DNA of 64,000 nucleotides, from assembly GCA_945935525.1 (NCBI GenBank), contig CAMERI010000006.1:4194-68193 (forward strand), in the 5' to 3' direction. The notes under the pieces were generated by a model, which made no database searches, was not told where the DNA came from, and worked only from the letters and a program-made list of their open reading frames with translations. The stretch is from an uncultured bacterium (GTDB taxonomy: Bacteria > Bacillota_I > Bacilli_A > RF39 > UBA660). Made by a program: the position numbers and the translations under genes. Shown here in pieces: positions 51,101 to 62,046 of the stretch (position 1 is the first letter of the stretch; each line of letters starts with the position of its first letter).

Positions 51101-51890
51101 TATTAATAATTCTTCTATATAAATCATTTAAATCTGAAGTAGCAAATCTTCCACCTGGAAGTTGAATCATAGGTCTTAGATCTGGTGGTATTACTGGAAG
51201 TACATCAAGTATCATCCATTCAGGTCTTTGACCACTTTCAAGGAATGAATTTAAACAGTCAAGTCTCTTAACTAATCTAATTTTCTTTTGTCCTTGAGCT
51301 TTTTCTACTTCTTTCTTTAATTCTTCTACTTCTTTTTCAAGATCAACTTCAGTAAGTAATTGTTTAATTGCTTCAGCACCCATACCTACTTTGAATTCAT
51401 CACCATATTTTTCATAATATGCTCTGTATTCTTTATCAGATAATGTTTGCTTTTTAGCAAGAGGTGCAATTCCTGGATCAAGTACTATATAACTAACAAA
51501 ATATAATACTTCTTCAAGTTCACGAGGACTAATATCAAGTACAAGTCCAATTTTAGGAGGTACACCTTTTGCATACCAAATGTGGCTAACAGGACTAGCA
51601 AGTTCAATATGTCCCATTCTTTCTCTACGTACTTTAGAACGTGTTACTTCTACACCACATCTATCACAAATAACGTTTTTGTATCTTAATCTTTTGTATT
51701 TTTTACAACTACATTCAAAGTCTTTAGTTGGACCAAATATCTTTTCACAAAAAAGTCCATCTCTCTCAGGGTTTAAAGTTCTGTAGTTAATAGTTTCAGG
51801 TTTCTTAACTTCACCATAAGACCATTCACGAATCTTTTCAGGAGAAGCAATACCAATACGAATTCCATCAAATTCATTAACTTCCATCAT
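48183..51890 (-). CDS. rpoC: DNA-directed RNA polymerase subunit beta'
   Basis: 'NADFDGDQM' catalytic motif. Zn fingers '[20 protein letters not shown]'. 1235 aa. Confidence 0.95.
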   Translation of the reverse strand: MMEVNEFDGIRIGIASPEKIREWSYGEVKKPETINYRTLNPERDGLFCEKIFGPTKDFECSCKKYKRLRYKNVICDRCGVEVTRSKVRRERMGHIELASPVSHIWYAKGVPPKIGLVLDISPRELEEVLYFVSYIVLDPGIAPLAKKQTLSDKEYRAYYEKYGDEFKVGMGAEAIKQLLTEVDLEKEVEELKKEVEKAQGQKKIRLVKRLDCLNSFLESGQRPEWMILDVLPVIPPDLRPMIQLPGGRFATSDLNDLYRRIINRNNRLKKLLELEAPTIIVQNEKRMLQEAVDALIDNGRRGRSVSGVGNRPLKSLSSMLKGKQGRFRQNLLGKRVDYSGRSVIVVGPSLKMYQCGVPKDMALELFKPYVMQQLVERGIAHNIKAAKKIIDVQDERVWDVVEDVIREHPVLLNRAPTLHRLSIQAFEPVLVSGKALRLHPLVCSGFNADFDGDQMAIHIPISEEAQAEARLLMLGANNILDPKDGKPIVTPSQDMVLGNYYLTLELAGEPNEGKAYKDPNEVLMAYERRDITLHTRVCIPTKEFKHKVWTDEQKDKYIVTTAGKIIFNEIFPDTYPYINEGSKENIEVMTPDKFFIEKGKNLPEEVAKLPLIPALIKKDLGKIIAQIFKRYKTTETSIFLDKLKDLGFKYSTKSGITISLSDIPVNHEKETIIAETNATIEKINKQFKRGLITDEERHNKVIKLWTDATNNVQGKLGELLKQDVENPLSMIINSGARGSANQLGQLAGMRGIMAKPDGGQVEIPILASFREGLDVQEFFLSTHGSRKGTADTALKTADAGYLTRRLVDVVQDIIVREEDCGTIQGIEVEAFTDEKSGAVIESFKDRITGRFSNQKVLNPETKEVLVDKGALITEKIADKIEKAGITKMEIRSVLTCKCTNGVCQKCYGLNLATGNLVEVGEATGIMAAQSIGEPGTQLTMRTFHTGGVASAADITQGLPRVEELFEARIPKAKATIAEISGKITKITDDKNNRFKIYITNDVETREHVTQYNAKLRVEKGDVVNAGDPLTEGSISPKELLAVTDPTTVQGYILKEIQKVYKSQGVDVSDKHVETVVRRMITKIKVVDPGDTNLIEGLTVPLREFAEINKPVILSGGVPATGKPIMLGITKASLETDSFLSAASFQETTRILTDAATRGKMDMLHGLKENVILGKLIPAGTGAKQYNNIEVILKNELLDDDAAEVLEEKFLSDDKNEEVVGAMAEVEKESDEEENA

Positions 51891-54800
51891 TATTCTTCAC
51901 CCCTTTCATAAGCATCATCTTGAAAGTCATCAAGACCATACTCTTCTTCATACTCAAGATCTTCATCAGTTGGTTCTAAATCTTCTTCATCCTCTTCATC
52001 TTGAACATCTTCATAATCAGATTTATCTGAATTATCACTTTCAGTATCTTCTACTTTACTAATTTCTTCGATTGATACTGGAGTGTCTTCTTTATCTTCA
52101 TCATCTTCAAGTTCTTTAACATCTTTTAGTGATCCATCTTTATTAACTATTTGAATATCTAAACCTAATGCTTGGAATTCTTTAATTAATACTCTAAATG
52201 ATTCTGGAACACCTGGTGTTGGAATTGGTTTACCTTTAACTAATGCTTCATATACTCTAACTCTTCCAACTACATCATCTGATTTAATTGTAAGAACTTC
52301 TTGTAAGATATGAGCAGCACCATAAGCATATAATGCCCAAACTTCCATTTCTCCGAATCTTTGACCACCAAATTGAGCTTTACCACCTAAAGGTTGTTGT
52401 GTAACCATACTATAAGGTCCTGTAGCACGAGCATGAATCTTATCATCAACCATATGTACAAGTCTTATCATATACATGACACCAACAGATACTCTCTTAT
52501 CGAATCTTTCACCTGTACGTCCATCATATAACCAAGTCTTATAGTCAGGGTCAAGTCCAGCTTCCGCTACTTCTTCTTGAATATCTTTTTCAGTAGCACT
52601 ATCGAATATTGGTGTAGCATAATGAACACCCAATTTCTTACCAGCCATACCTAAGTGTAACTCTAAGATTTGCCCTAAGTTCATACGAGAAGGAACACCT
52701 AATGGATTTAAGATTACATCTACTGGAGTACCATCTGGTAAATATGGCATATCTTCTGAAGGAAGAATTAATGAACAAACGCCCTTATTTCCGTGACGTC
52801 CAGCCATCTTATCTCCAACTTGAATCTTTCTCTTCTTAACTATATATACACGAACTACTTTTGAAACTCCAGCAGGAAGTTCATCAGAGTTTTCTTTAGT
52901 GAATATTTGTACGTCATGTACAATTCCTGAACATCCATGACTAACACGAAGTGATGTATCACGAACTTCACGAGTCTTTTCACCAAATATTGCATGTAAT
53001 AATTTTTCTTCACTTGATAATTCTTGCATTCCTTTAGGAGTAACTTTACCAACAAGAATATCATTTTCTTTTATTTCAGTACCAATTCTTACTATACCAT
53101 TTTCATCTAAATTCTTACGAGCATCTTCACTAATATTTGGAATATCTCTTGTGAATTCTTCTGGTCCAAGTTTAGTATCACGGCACTCTATTTCTTTCAT
53201 TTCAATGTGAATTGATGTAAGAACATCATCACGAACTATTCTTTCATTTAGAATAACTGCATCTTCATAGTTATAACCATTATAAGTCATGAATGCTACA
53301 ACTAAGTTTTTACCTAAGCCTATTTCTCCTTTATCAGTAGAAGGTCCATCAGCAATTATTTCTCCTTTATGAACTTGTTCACCTTTCTTAACAATTGGTC
53401 TTTGATTATAACAAGTTTCATTATTACTTCTTTGATAACTAACTAGTTCATAAGTATGTTTTTCTTCTAAACCTTTAACTATGATCTTTTTAGCATCAAC
53501 GTATTCTACTACACCATCTAAGTCACATACTACTGAGCAACCAGAATCACGAGCTATAGCAGCTTCTACTCCAGTTCCTACAATAGGAGCTTCTGTAATC
53601 ATTAGTGGTACAGCTTGTCTTTGCATGTTTGCACCCATTAGTGTACGGTTAGCATCATCATGTTCCATAAATGGAATCATACTTGTTGTAACAGATACAA
53701 TTTGTGATGGTGAAACATCTATATAATCTACCTTCTCACGAGGAACGATCATATTATCTTTATTATATCTAACTGGAACTGTCTCTGAAGCAATATATCC
53801 ATTGTCATCTACATCAATTGTAGCTTGACTAATGTAGTAATCTTCTTCTTCATCAGCAGTCATATATACTATTTCATCAGTTATTTTATTATCAACAACT
53901 TTTCTATATGGAGTCATTATAAATCCATATTCATTAATTCTAGCATAACTAGCAAGTGATGTAATAAGTCCAATATTTTGACCTTCTGGTGTCTCGATAG
54001 GACAAATTCTACCATAGTGAGATGGGTTAACATCACGAACTTCCATACCAGCTCTATCTCTTGATAAACCACCTGGACCTAAAGCACTAAGTCTACGTTT
54101 ATCATTTAATTCTGATAATGGGTTTATTTGATCCATGAATTTAGATAGTTGACTGCTACCAAAGAATTCTTTTAAAGAAGCAGTAACTGGTCTAATATTA
54201 ATTAATGATTTTGGAGTAACAGCATCAATCTCTTGAGTAGACATCTTATCTCTAATTTGTCTTTCCATACGTGCAATACCAATTCTAAATTGATTTTGAA
54301 TTAATTCTCCAACTTGTCTTACACGTCTATTTCCTAAGTGATCTATTTCATCATACTTACCAATACCATATAATAAACATATATAATATGATAATGATGC
54401 ATAAACATCAGATATAGTTAATCTCTTAGTATCAATAGTTTGATCATTACCTATAATCTTAATAACTTTTTCATCTTCATCATTAGAATATACAAGAACT
54501 TCTTGAATTTTATTGTATGTATCTAATTCTTCATTGATAGTTACTTCTTTTACTCCATATCCATTTTCAAAATATGGTTTAATAGTTTCAAGAACATCTT
54601 TAGTAATTAATGTTCCTTTTTTAACAATAACTTCTCCATCGATTTTTATATCTTGAGCTATTTTAGCATTTAGAAGTCTATCTAATACATTAAGTTTTTT
54701 ATTAAATTTATATCTACCAACTTTACCTAGATCATATCTAAATTTATCAAAGAATCTAACGATTAATTGGTTTTTAGCTGAATCTAATGTAGCTGGTTCA

Positions 54801-55528
54801 CCTGGTCTTAATTTTTCATATATTTCTATTAATGCTTCATCAGTATTCTTAGTAGAATCTTTTTCTAAAGTATTAATTAAATATTCATCTTGACCAAATA
54901 ATTCAAGTATTTCATCGTCACTTGAAAGACCTAAAGCTCTTAATAATGTGGTAACAGGAACTTTACGAGTTCTATCTATTCTTACATATAAGATTCCTCT
55001 AGCATCAAGTTCATATTCAAGCCAAGTACCTTTATTAGGTCTTACTTCACTTGTAATGATATTTCTACCACTCTTATCCACTTCATTCTTGTAATAACAA
55101 GATGGTCCCATAACAAGTTGTGAGTTGATAACTCTCTCAGCTCCATTAATTATAAATGAACCAGTATCAGTCATTAAAGGCACATCACCTAAGAATACTT
55201 CTTGTTCCTTAACTTCACCAGTTTCATTAATAAATAATCTAGCTTTTACTTTTAAAGGTGCAGAATATGTAACTTTTCTTTCACGACTCTCTTTAACAGA
55301 ATATTTAGGCTCATCAAAATAATAATCACCAAATTCTAGTGATAATGAACCAGAAAAACTTTCAACAGGAAAAATATCCTCAAATACTTCCTTGATTCCT
55401 TCCTTTAAAAATAAGTCAAATGAACTTTTCTGAATTTCTAATAAATTAGAAAGTCCTAGCGTACTACGCTTTGTTGAGAAACTTCTTCTTTCTCTATGGT
55501 CACCAAATTTTACTATTTTGTATGCCAC
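51890..55528 (-). CDS. rpoB: DNA-directed RNA polymerase subunit beta, with an about 75-aa acidic C-terminal tail
   Basis: Conserved rpoB blocks ('[12 protein letters not shown]', 'RHGNKGV'). The C-terminus is D/E-rich. Confidence 0.95.
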   Translation of the reverse strand: MAYKIVKFGDHRERRSFSTKRSTLGLSNLLEIQKSSFDLFLKEGIKEVFEDIFPVESFSGSLSLEFGDYYFDEPKYSVKESRERKVTYSAPLKVKARLFINETGEVKEQEVFLGDVPLMTDTGSFIINGAERVINSQLVMGPSCYYKNEVDKSGRNIITSEVRPNKGTWLEYELDARGILYVRIDRTRKVPVTTLLRALGLSSDDEILELFGQDEYLINTLEKDSTKNTDEALIEIYEKLRPGEPATLDSAKNQLIVRFFDKFRYDLGKVGRYKFNKKLNVLDRLLNAKIAQDIKIDGEVIVKKGTLITKDVLETIKPYFENGYGVKEVTINEELDTYNKIQEVLVYSNDEDEKVIKIIGNDQTIDTKRLTISDVYASLSYYICLLYGIGKYDEIDHLGNRRVRQVGELIQNQFRIGIARMERQIRDKMSTQEIDAVTPKSLINIRPVTASLKEFFGSSQLSKFMDQINPLSELNDKRRLSALGPGGLSRDRAGMEVRDVNPSHYGRICPIETPEGQNIGLITSLASYARINEYGFIMTPYRKVVDNKITDEIVYMTADEEEDYYISQATIDVDDNGYIASETVPVRYNKDNMIVPREKVDYIDVSPSQIVSVTTSMIPFMEHDDANRTLMGANMQRQAVPLMITEAPIVGTGVEAAIARDSGCSVVCDLDGVVEYVDAKKIIVKGLEEKHTYELVSYQRSNNETCYNQRPIVKKGEQVHKGEIIADGPSTDKGEIGLGKNLVVAFMTYNGYNYEDAVILNERIVRDDVLTSIHIEMKEIECRDTKLGPEEFTRDIPNISEDARKNLDENGIVRIGTEIKENDILVGKVTPKGMQELSSEEKLLHAIFGEKTREVRDTSLRVSHGCSGIVHDVQIFTKENSDELPAGVSKVVRVYIVKKRKIQVGDKMAGRHGNKGVCSLILPSEDMPYLPDGTPVDVILNPLGVPSRMNLGQILELHLGMAGKKLGVHYATPIFDSATEKDIQEEVAEAGLDPDYKTWLYDGRTGERFDKRVSVGVMYMIRLVHMVDDKIHARATGPYSMVTQQPLGGKAQFGGQRFGEMEVWALYAYGAAHILQEVLTIKSDDVVGRVRVYEALVKGKPIPTPGVPESFRVLIKEFQALGLDIQIVNKDGSLKDVKELEDDEDKEDTPVSIEEISKVEDTESDNSDKSDYEDVQDEEDEEDLEPTDEDLEYEEEYGLDDFQDDAYERGEE

Positions 55529-55663
55529 TTTTTCACCCCAATCCTAAATTTTTAAAGAACACAAATTTTAAAAATAAAACAAATGTACTGCAATATAAAA
55601 TTTTACCACACACTATTTCAATAAGTCAATTACTTTTTATGAAAAATGTCAAGTAAATTTATA

Positions 55664-56251
55664 TTATTTTACTTTAAATATAAAGTAGCCTTTATCTTTG
55701 TTAATTATTTCTACTTTTCTTTGTTCTTCAAGAATCTTCTTTATTGATAAAGCACCTTGATCTTTACGAATAACGAAATATAATGTTCCGTCTACATCTA
55801 AATGATCAAAAGCACCTTCTAATATCTCTAATAATTTAGTTTTACCTACTCTAATTGGTGGATTAGTAATAATTACATTGTATTTATTTTTAATATTTGA
55901 GTATGCATCACTTATAAATGCACTTCCATTAAACTTAGGATAACGTTTAATATTTCTATTTGTTAAATGAACAGCTCTTTTATTAACATCAACCATATCT
56001 ACATATGAATCCGTAAGAACACTTACTACTATTCCTATGAATCCATAGCCGCAACCTACATCTAATACATTTACGTTAGTTATATTTTCTTTTAGATATG
56101 TTTCTAATAATAATTTGCTTCCATAATCGACATTCTTTTTACTAAACACACCATTATCGCTATAAAACGTGAAAAAAGAAGAATCATATTTATAACTTAA
56201 TTCTCTAATTTCACTCTTTAAGTTCATATCATTTTCAAAATAATGACTCAT
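55664..56251 (-). CDS. class I SAM-dependent methyltransferase (RsmC/YbxB-like) between rplL and rpoB
   Basis: 'VLDVGCGYG' is motif I. 'NPPIRVGK' is the NPPY-type motif IV. Same position as B. subtilis ybxB. Confidence 0.7.
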   Translation of the reverse strand: MSHYFENDMNLKSEIRELSYKYDSSFFTFYSDNGVFSKKNVDYGSKLLLETYLKENITNVNVLDVGCGYGFIGIVVSVLTDSYVDMVDVNKRAVHLTNRNIKRYPKFNGSAFISDAYSNIKNKYNVIITNPPIRVGKTKLLEILEGAFDHLDVDGTLYFVIRKDQGALSIKKILEEQRKVEIINKDKGYFIFKVK

Positions 56252-56274
56252 ATAATTCTCCTTCTCTTATATAC

Positions 56275-56297
56275 GCAAAAAAGCCTTTATACAAGGC
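56275..56297 (-). terminator. rho-independent terminator after rplL
   Basis: AGCCTT-TATAC-AAGGCT hairpin plus U6 on the minus strand. Confidence 0.5.
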
Positions 56298-56308
56298 TCA
56301 TAGTTAAA

Positions 56309-56680
56309 TTAAGCTAATTCTACAGTAGCGCCAGCTTCTTCTAATTTAGCTTTTAATTCTTCAGCTTCACTAGCAGGAATTCCTTCTTTAACATTTCCAC
56401 CAGCATCAGCGATATCTTTAGCTTCTTTAAGACCTAATCCAGTAACTTCTCTAATTACTTTAATAACTTGTAATTTTTGAGCACCAGCAGCTTTTAATAC
56501 TACAGTCTTAACTCCACTTCCTGCATTGTCCTCTTCAGCAGCAGCTGGAGCAGCAGCAACAGCAACAGCACTAGGATCAACACCAAATTCTTCTTTCATC
56601 ATATCAACTAATTCTTTAACTTCAAGAATAGTTTTTTCTTTTAAAGCTTCAATAATATCTTTGTTTTCAATCTTTGCCAT
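56309..56680 (-). CDS. rplL: 50S ribosomal protein L7/L12
   Basis: 'EKTEFDV'-like N-terminus, Ala-rich hinge '[11 protein letters not shown]', C-terminal '[18 protein letters not shown]'. Confidence 0.9.
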   Translation of the reverse strand: MAKIENKDIIEALKEKTILEVKELVDMMKEEFGVDPSAVAVAAAPAAAEEDNAGSGVKTVVLKAAGAQKLQVIKVIREVTGLGLKEAKDIADAGGNVKEGIPASEAEELKAKLEEAGATVELA

Positions 56681-56681
56681 A

Positions 56682-57185
56682 TTAATTATTTCCTCCTTCT
56701 TCTAACTTTTCAGCATATAGATTTAATCCAATACTTAAATTTCTTACATGTTCCATTAAACCACCAGCAAACATTGTAAGTAATCCTTCCATACTTGGAA
56801 TAGTTGCATATTCAGCAATAACTTTACTATCAGCAAATTCTGAATCAATATATCCCACTCTAACTTCAAGAGCTGGATGTTCTTTAGCAAACTTACTAAC
56901 AACTTTGATTGGTTCGATAATAGAATCAGCAAAAAGATAAGCATTAGGTCCTTCCATGTAATCATTTAATTTAATATTCTTTTTAGTTAACGCTAAATTC
57001 ATAAGAGTATTTTTATAAATTTTTACATCAGAATTAACTTCTCTTAAACTTCTTCTTAACTCTGCAAATTCACTAACTGTTAAACCTTGATAATTTAATA
57101 ACAAGAATGTTTTAGAATTATCTAATTTTTCAGTTATTTCTTTTACAACAGCTTCTTTTTGTTTAAGTATCTCTTTACTTGCCAT
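56682..57185 (-). CDS. rplJ: 50S ribosomal protein L10
   Basis: L10 family. Start taken at 'MASKEIL', which has the SD AAAGGAGA (the track ORF starts 5 codons earlier, inside the leader). Confidence 0.9.
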   Translation of the reverse strand: MASKEILKQKEAVVKEITEKLDNSKTFLLLNYQGLTVSEFAELRRSLREVNSDVKIYKNTLMNLALTKKNIKLNDYMEGPNAYLFADSIIEPIKVVSKFAKEHPALEVRVGYIDSEFADSKVIAEYATIPSMEGLLTMFAGGLMEHVRNLSIGLNLYAEKLEEGGNN

Positions 57186-57373
57186 ATAGTCTCCTTTCAT
57201 AAATTAAAAAGTTTCCTCATGACAAGGAAACTCGTAATAATCGTCATTATTCATTGTTTCCTCGGTAAGATTTACTTCTGTACTTACTGTCTTTGGTCAC
57301 TTCACGAATTTGATTATACAATATTATTTTTAAAATGTAAACCCCTATTTCTAAGATTTTTTAACTTTTATAG
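57186..57373 (-). promoter_or_regulatory. rplJ (L10) leader with attenuator-type hairpin (GTTTCCT-CATGACA-AGGAAAC + U-run) just before the SD
   Basis: A 7-bp perfect stem at 57211-57231 followed by UUUUUAAUUU on the minus strand. Same position as L10 autoregulatory leaders. Confidence 0.45.
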
Positions 57374-59152
57374 TTATTTAGTATAAATAACATATGGATT
57401 ACTAGCACTACCATTACCTTCACTATAACCAGCATCATATCTAAGTGTAATCATAGGCTTAACATAAGATTCTACACTTGGTGGAAGTCCATTTGTTAAA
57501 TAGTATCCATTAGGTGCTTGAAAGTTATTTGAATTATATAAATTTCCAACTACTACTTCAGAAGATGTGAAATATCGCAATGGTGATATAGTATAAAAGC
57601 CTGATGTATTAGGAGATGTGGCATTACTTTTTTTAAGCAAATGTAATTCAGAAAGACTAACTAAACCAACAGGATATTTTAATTTGGCTTTATCATTACT
57701 AACGCAAAATCTATCTGTAATATTTTTGCAGTATAATTCATCATTAAGATTATAATTTTTAAATTTTATAGTTTCATATCCCATACCATATCCAGTAACA
57801 TTATTTGTAGAAGCCCAGTTACCATAATCAATAACACTTCTATCATTACAATATACACTATCTTCCAAATATTTAGCAAAATCTAACATGTTTTTTTCAA
57901 ACCAATCTTCTATATATGTTTTAATTATTGAATTATCTTTATTAACATTATCATTATTAATCATAGAATTTAATGCATCCTCAACACTATTTCCATTTTT
58001 CAAAACTATATAATATATATGATAATCATCACCATCATATCTAAGACCCGTTATATAATATATTTCACCATTTTTACAAACATCTGAGTTACTAAAACAA
58101 GTATAATGTCTATTTGCAATAGATGAAGGAGATACATTAGAAATTTCTTTTATATCATTTTTTAAATAATAATTTCCATTTTTATATTCAAAACCATTAG
58201 AATATTTATAAGTATAAGTTTTTAAATTTCCACCAGATGAAATAAAAGTCATCTCTTTATAATTAGTTTTATATTTTTTTGTTTCATTTTTATTATACAT
58301 ATAGCCAACATAACCAATAGAATCATAACCATCATTAAATTTTGATTTTCCAATTGAACGAATAACAGTATCATTGTAACATTGTTTTTTACCATCAACA
58401 ACGTTTGGCTCACCATTATATAATAATCTAACTCCACCCATATCAGTAGTTCTTATTATTTGCCAGCAATAATTTCCAAATAACACATTATTTTTATTTA
58501 GTATTTTTTTAACATCATCATTTGTTTCAGCTCTATAATAATATATATCTTTATCTCCTGCTATATTAAGTGAGTCCCTATGAGTACCACTGTATTTTTT
58601 TACTAGACCATCATTCATTTCTTCATCTTTTAAAACATCATAAAGTGATGAATAAGAAGAACCACATATTTTTTCATCATCATTACATTTACAATATTCT
58701 TTAAAATCATAATCATCATCAGTCACATATTCATAATTATTGTCTTTATCTTTTCCACAGAATAAAAATGCTTTAGGATTTTCATAAGTACCTAATTCGC
58801 TATCATAATAGTATGTAACATATCCTTTACAATCAGAACCTTTATATTTAATAGTACCTATATATTTATCAGAACTATTTTGAAGATCTTGAAGACAAAC
58901 TGTTTTTTTATCATTTACAGGAGTACTATAACTTTCTGGACATATCTTAGTTTGGTCAATTGAAGAATTACAATAATCTTCAACAAAAAGATTAGCTGCA
59001 TCTTTTACTTGTACTTCTTGAATATGCATGCTTTTAATAACGCCTTCATTATAAATTTTTAATGCTGCAGGTACAGCAATCAATGTTAATAAAGCAATTA
59101 TAGCAATAACAGCTAATAATTCTATTAATGTAAAACCATTTTTATTTTTCAT
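57374..59152 (-). CDS. large type IV prepilin-like protein (592 aa) with N-terminal cleavage/methylation domain
   Basis: 'MKNKNG|FTLIELLAVIAIIALLTLIAVPA' class III signal. Long Cys/Tyr/Asn-rich C-terminal domain. Confidence 0.55.
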   Translation of the reverse strand: MKNKNGFTLIELLAVIAIIALLTLIAVPAALKIYNEGVIKSMHIQEVQVKDAANLFVEDYCNSSIDQTKICPESYSTPVNDKKTVCLQDLQNSSDKYIGTIKYKGSDCKGYVTYYYDSELGTYENPKAFLFCGKDKDNNYEYVTDDDYDFKEYCKCNDDEKICGSSYSSLYDVLKDEEMNDGLVKKYSGTHRDSLNIAGDKDIYYYRAETNDDVKKILNKNNVLFGNYCWQIIRTTDMGGVRLLYNGEPNVVDGKKQCYNDTVIRSIGKSKFNDGYDSIGYVGYMYNKNETKKYKTNYKEMTFISSGGNLKTYTYKYSNGFEYKNGNYYLKNDIKEISNVSPSSIANRHYTCFSNSDVCKNGEIYYITGLRYDGDDYHIYYIVLKNGNSVEDALNSMINNDNVNKDNSIIKTYIEDWFEKNMLDFAKYLEDSVYCNDRSVIDYGNWASTNNVTGYGMGYETIKFKNYNLNDELYCKNITDRFCVSNDKAKLKYPVGLVSLSELHLLKKSNATSPNTSGFYTISPLRYFTSSEVVVGNLYNSNNFQAPNGYYLTNGLPPSVESYVKPMITLRYDAGYSEGNGSASNPYVIYTK

Positions 59153-59218
59153 ATCTTCACCTATTATAAGTATAACACAATAAAATTATATTACAATTAA
59201 AAAAGTAAAGATTATTCT

Positions 59219-60601
59219 TTACTTTTTAGCAATTATAACTTCTATCTTAGTAGTTCTAGATGAATAAGATAATTTCAAGTCGCTTCCTGTTACCATTACT
59301 GGTACTTCATATGTACCTGGCTCTAAATCTGATAAGTCAACATATGCTTTAATATCTTTAGAATCTAATTTATCTAGTACTGATTTAACACCTTTTACTA
59401 CAACATCTACTTTAGTATCACTTGCATTTTTAGCAAGAGGTTTGTACTTATTTGTATCTAAGTGTTCAAATACTATTGGTATATCTTTAAATTCTTTAGA
59501 TGTCTCACCTTCCATTTTAACTTTAATAGTTATTGCTGTATCAGACATTGATCTAACACCTGTAGGTTTAACTATTGTTTCTTGGAACGTCTTATCTTTA
59601 CTAAGTCCATTTACATCTATTTCTACTTCAATTTCACTAATATCTTTAAGTACATCTTCTTCACCATATAATGTAATATTATTTACATTTGATGTAATTG
59701 AACTAATAGCACTACCACTAGCGACATCTCCAACTGGAACAACTTTAACTGGAACTGTCTTACTTGGACTAGATATTTCTACAGTAGCAGTAATTGTACC
59801 TGGAACTATTTCTATATCTTTAATTTCAGTACCTTTTTCATCATATGCTATTAACTTAACATTTTCTAAAGTATATGTTCCAGCACTATTAGCATTTAAT
59901 GCATTTACATCAACTAATGCTTTAACACTTGCAACCTTCTCTAGTTTTTCTTTATATGATTTAATAATTACTTCATCTCTATCAAGTTTAATAGAACTAA
60001 TTACTAATGTACTACCAAGTTTATCTTTATTTAATATATCTGTTGTAACTGTACGAGAAGCACTAACCTTAGGATATATAACTATTGTAGCTCTTGATGG
60101 GTCTACTTTATAATCTAATGATTTAATTGGATTATTATATTTAATATTTACTTTATGAGTACCAGCAGATAATCCTGTTAAATCTAAACTTAATTTATGA
60201 TCTCCAAGTTGTTCTGCTAAGTATAAATCGCTCTTTCTACCCATAAGAACTATATCAGCAGTTTCAGGTATACCTTCTACTACATATGCTTCTTCATTAT
60301 ATTCTGCAACAACCGGTTGATTTGATAAAACTATTGCTTCCGTTTCAACTAAATTAATAACTTTTCTATCAACTGCAAAGAATGCAGCAAACGCACATAT
60401 AAGTGATACATATATAAGAGTATTTGGTTTATTTAAGAACTTATCTAAATTACCATTTTTACTACTTAACTTATCACCTACAAAATAAACTGCTTTAGAT
60501 ATAGGTGTTACTAATATTACATCTATTATTCTATATAATACTTTAAAGACCTTAGCGAAGAATTTACCTATTTTCTTAAATATTTTTTTCATTATCTTCA
60601 C
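59219..60601 (-). CDS. cdaR: YbbR-domain protein CdaR (regulator of diadenylate cyclase)
   Basis: N-terminal TM plus repeated YbbR-like beta domains. Overlaps the DAC gene, as in cdaA-cdaR operons. Confidence 0.7.
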   Translation of the reverse strand: MKIMKKIFKKIGKFFAKVFKVLYRIIDVILVTPISKAVYFVGDKLSSKNGNLDKFLNKPNTLIYVSLICAFAAFFAVDRKVINLVETEAIVLSNQPVVAEYNEEAYVVEGIPETADIVLMGRKSDLYLAEQLGDHKLSLDLTGLSAGTHKVNIKYNNPIKSLDYKVDPSRATIVIYPKVSASRTVTTDILNKDKLGSTLVISSIKLDRDEVIIKSYKEKLEKVASVKALVDVNALNANSAGTYTLENVKLIAYDEKGTEIKDIEIVPGTITATVEISSPSKTVPVKVVPVGDVASGSAISSITSNVNNITLYGEEDVLKDISEIEVEIDVNGLSKDKTFQETIVKPTGVRSMSDTAITIKVKMEGETSKEFKDIPIVFEHLDTNKYKPLAKNASDTKVDVVVKGVKSVLDKLDSKDIKAYVDLSDLEPGTYEVPVMVTGSDLKLSYSSRTTKIEVIIAKK

Positions 60602-61406
60602 CTTCGCTTTCTACTGTATCAGCTTCATAGAATGTTTCTTTCTTAGGTTGTAATTCTTCTAATAATAACATTCTAGCATCATCTAAAGATAAATTATAAT
60701 TTAAGTCACTTTGTATAGCTATTGATATTCTACCAGTCTCTTCACTAACTACTACTGAAATACAATCTGATATTTCACTAATTCCAAGAGCTGCTCTATG
60801 ACGAGTGCCAAGTCTCTTAGATATGTTTGGATTTGAACTAGTTGGGAATACACTACCTGCACAAGTTATCTTATCACCTTGAATTATAACACCACCATCA
60901 TGAAGTGGATTATTCTTCCAGAATATTGATATTAATAACTCACTAGTTATATCAGCATATAACTTAGTAGCAGGTTCTATATATTGAGCTAAACTATAAT
61001 CTCTTTCTATTACTATTAAAGCTCCAATCTTATTCTTCTTTAAATAATCAAGAGCATTTATAATCTCATATACTACTTTTTCTCTCTCATCAACAGTAAG
61101 ATTTTTATGTCTTCCTAATAATTGGCTTCTTCCTATACTTTCAAGAGCGTTTCTAATCTCAGGTTGAAATATAATTATCAAAGCAAGAGGTCCCCAAGAA
61201 ATAACATATTCTAAAATAATACCTACAGTATTTAAATTTAAAACTCCACTTAAGAATTTTAATAATACTATAATTATTACTCCTTTAAATATTAATGTTA
61301 ATTTAAAATTATTTCTAGAATATTTAAGTAATTCATAAAACATAAACCAAACTACCATAATATCTAGAACTTTAGCAGCAATTTTTAATATTGTTGTATA
61401 TATCAT
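60576..61406 (-). CDS. cdaA: membrane diadenylate cyclase CdaA (DisA_N/DAC domain)
   Basis: 3 N-terminal TMs. DAC motifs 'PLHDGGVII' (DGA-like) and 'GTRHRAALG' (RHR). Confidence 0.85.
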   Translation of the reverse strand: MIYTTILKIAAKVLDIMVVWFMFYELLKYSRNNFKLTLIFKGVIIIVLLKFLSGVLNLNTVGIILEYVISWGPLALIIIFQPEIRNALESIGRSQLLGRHKNLTVDEREKVVYEIINALDYLKKNKIGALIVIERDYSLAQYIEPATKLYADITSELLISIFWKNNPLHDGGVIIQGDKITCAGSVFPTSSNPNISKRLGTRHRAALGISEISDCISVVVSEETGRISIAIQSDLNYNLSLDDARMLLLEELQPKKETFYEADTVESEGEDNEKNI

Positions 61407-61521
61407 TTGATACCTCCATCTTCTATTAAAATATTATACACTAATTATTAATCTATTTCCATATATTTAAAATATGTTTACAAAATAAATCATTTATTAT
61501 ATTTTATGTTAAACTATAAAT

Positions 61522-62046
61522 ATGAATAAGAACGAATTAAGAAAATTTTATAAAATTGTTAGAAAAAATATACAAAATAAAGAAGAACAAAACTCTATAA
61601 TTTTAAATAAAGTTATTGCAAATAAAAAAGTATTAGATAGTTCTACTCTATTAATATATGTATCCTTTAATGATGAAGTAGATACTATAAATATAATAAA
61701 GTATTTTCTAGGTAAAAAGAAAATTGCTGTACCAAAAATAGAAGATAATACTATGAATTTCTATTATATAAATAGTTTAAATGATTTAAAACCTGGATAC
61801 TTTAATATATTAGAACCTGCTACTAATTTAAAAGTAGAAACTTTTACTAACACTACTTGTATAGTACCAGCTATATGTTATGACTCTAATAATTATAGAG
61901 TTGGATATGGTAAAGGCTTCTATGATAAATTTTTAGCAAATAAAAATATTTATACTATAGGTATCTCATACAAAGAAACTCTTATCAATAAGATACCAAT
62001 AGATAAATATGATATTAATTTAAATGAAGTTATAAGTCCATTTTAA
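61522..62046 (+). CDS. 5-formyltetrahydrofolate cyclo-ligase
   Basis: 'VGYGKGFYDKFL' is the MTHFS signature. 174 aa. Confidence 0.8.
   Translation: MNKNELRKFYKIVRKNIQNKEEQNSIILNKVIANKKVLDSSTLLIYVSFNDEVDTINIIKYFLGKKKIAVPKIEDNTMNFYYINSLNDLKPGYFNILEPATNLKVETFTNTTCIVPAICYDSNNYRVGYGKGFYDKFLANKNIYTIGISYKETLINKIPIDKYDINLNEVISPF

Noticed and set aside
52855-55322. ORFs 52855-53064(-), 53481-53726(+), 55125-55322(+) within rpoB, and 7941-8207(+) within ackA
   Set aside because: They lie inside conserved core genes, either on the opposite strand or in an alternative frame. They are spurious.
55471-55656. 61-aa ORF in the rpoB promoter region
   Set aside because: It overlaps the rpoB 5' end and promoter and has no RBS.
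56756-56965. 69-aa ORF within rplJ in another frame, and 58249-58437 within the pilin-like gene
   Set aside because: Internal out-of-frame ORFs of established genes.
57186-57200. Track start of rplJ at MKGDYM…
   Set aside because: The first ATG lies within the leader's U-run with no SD. The second ATG (57185) has a canonical AAAGGAGA SD, so the shorter start is preferred.
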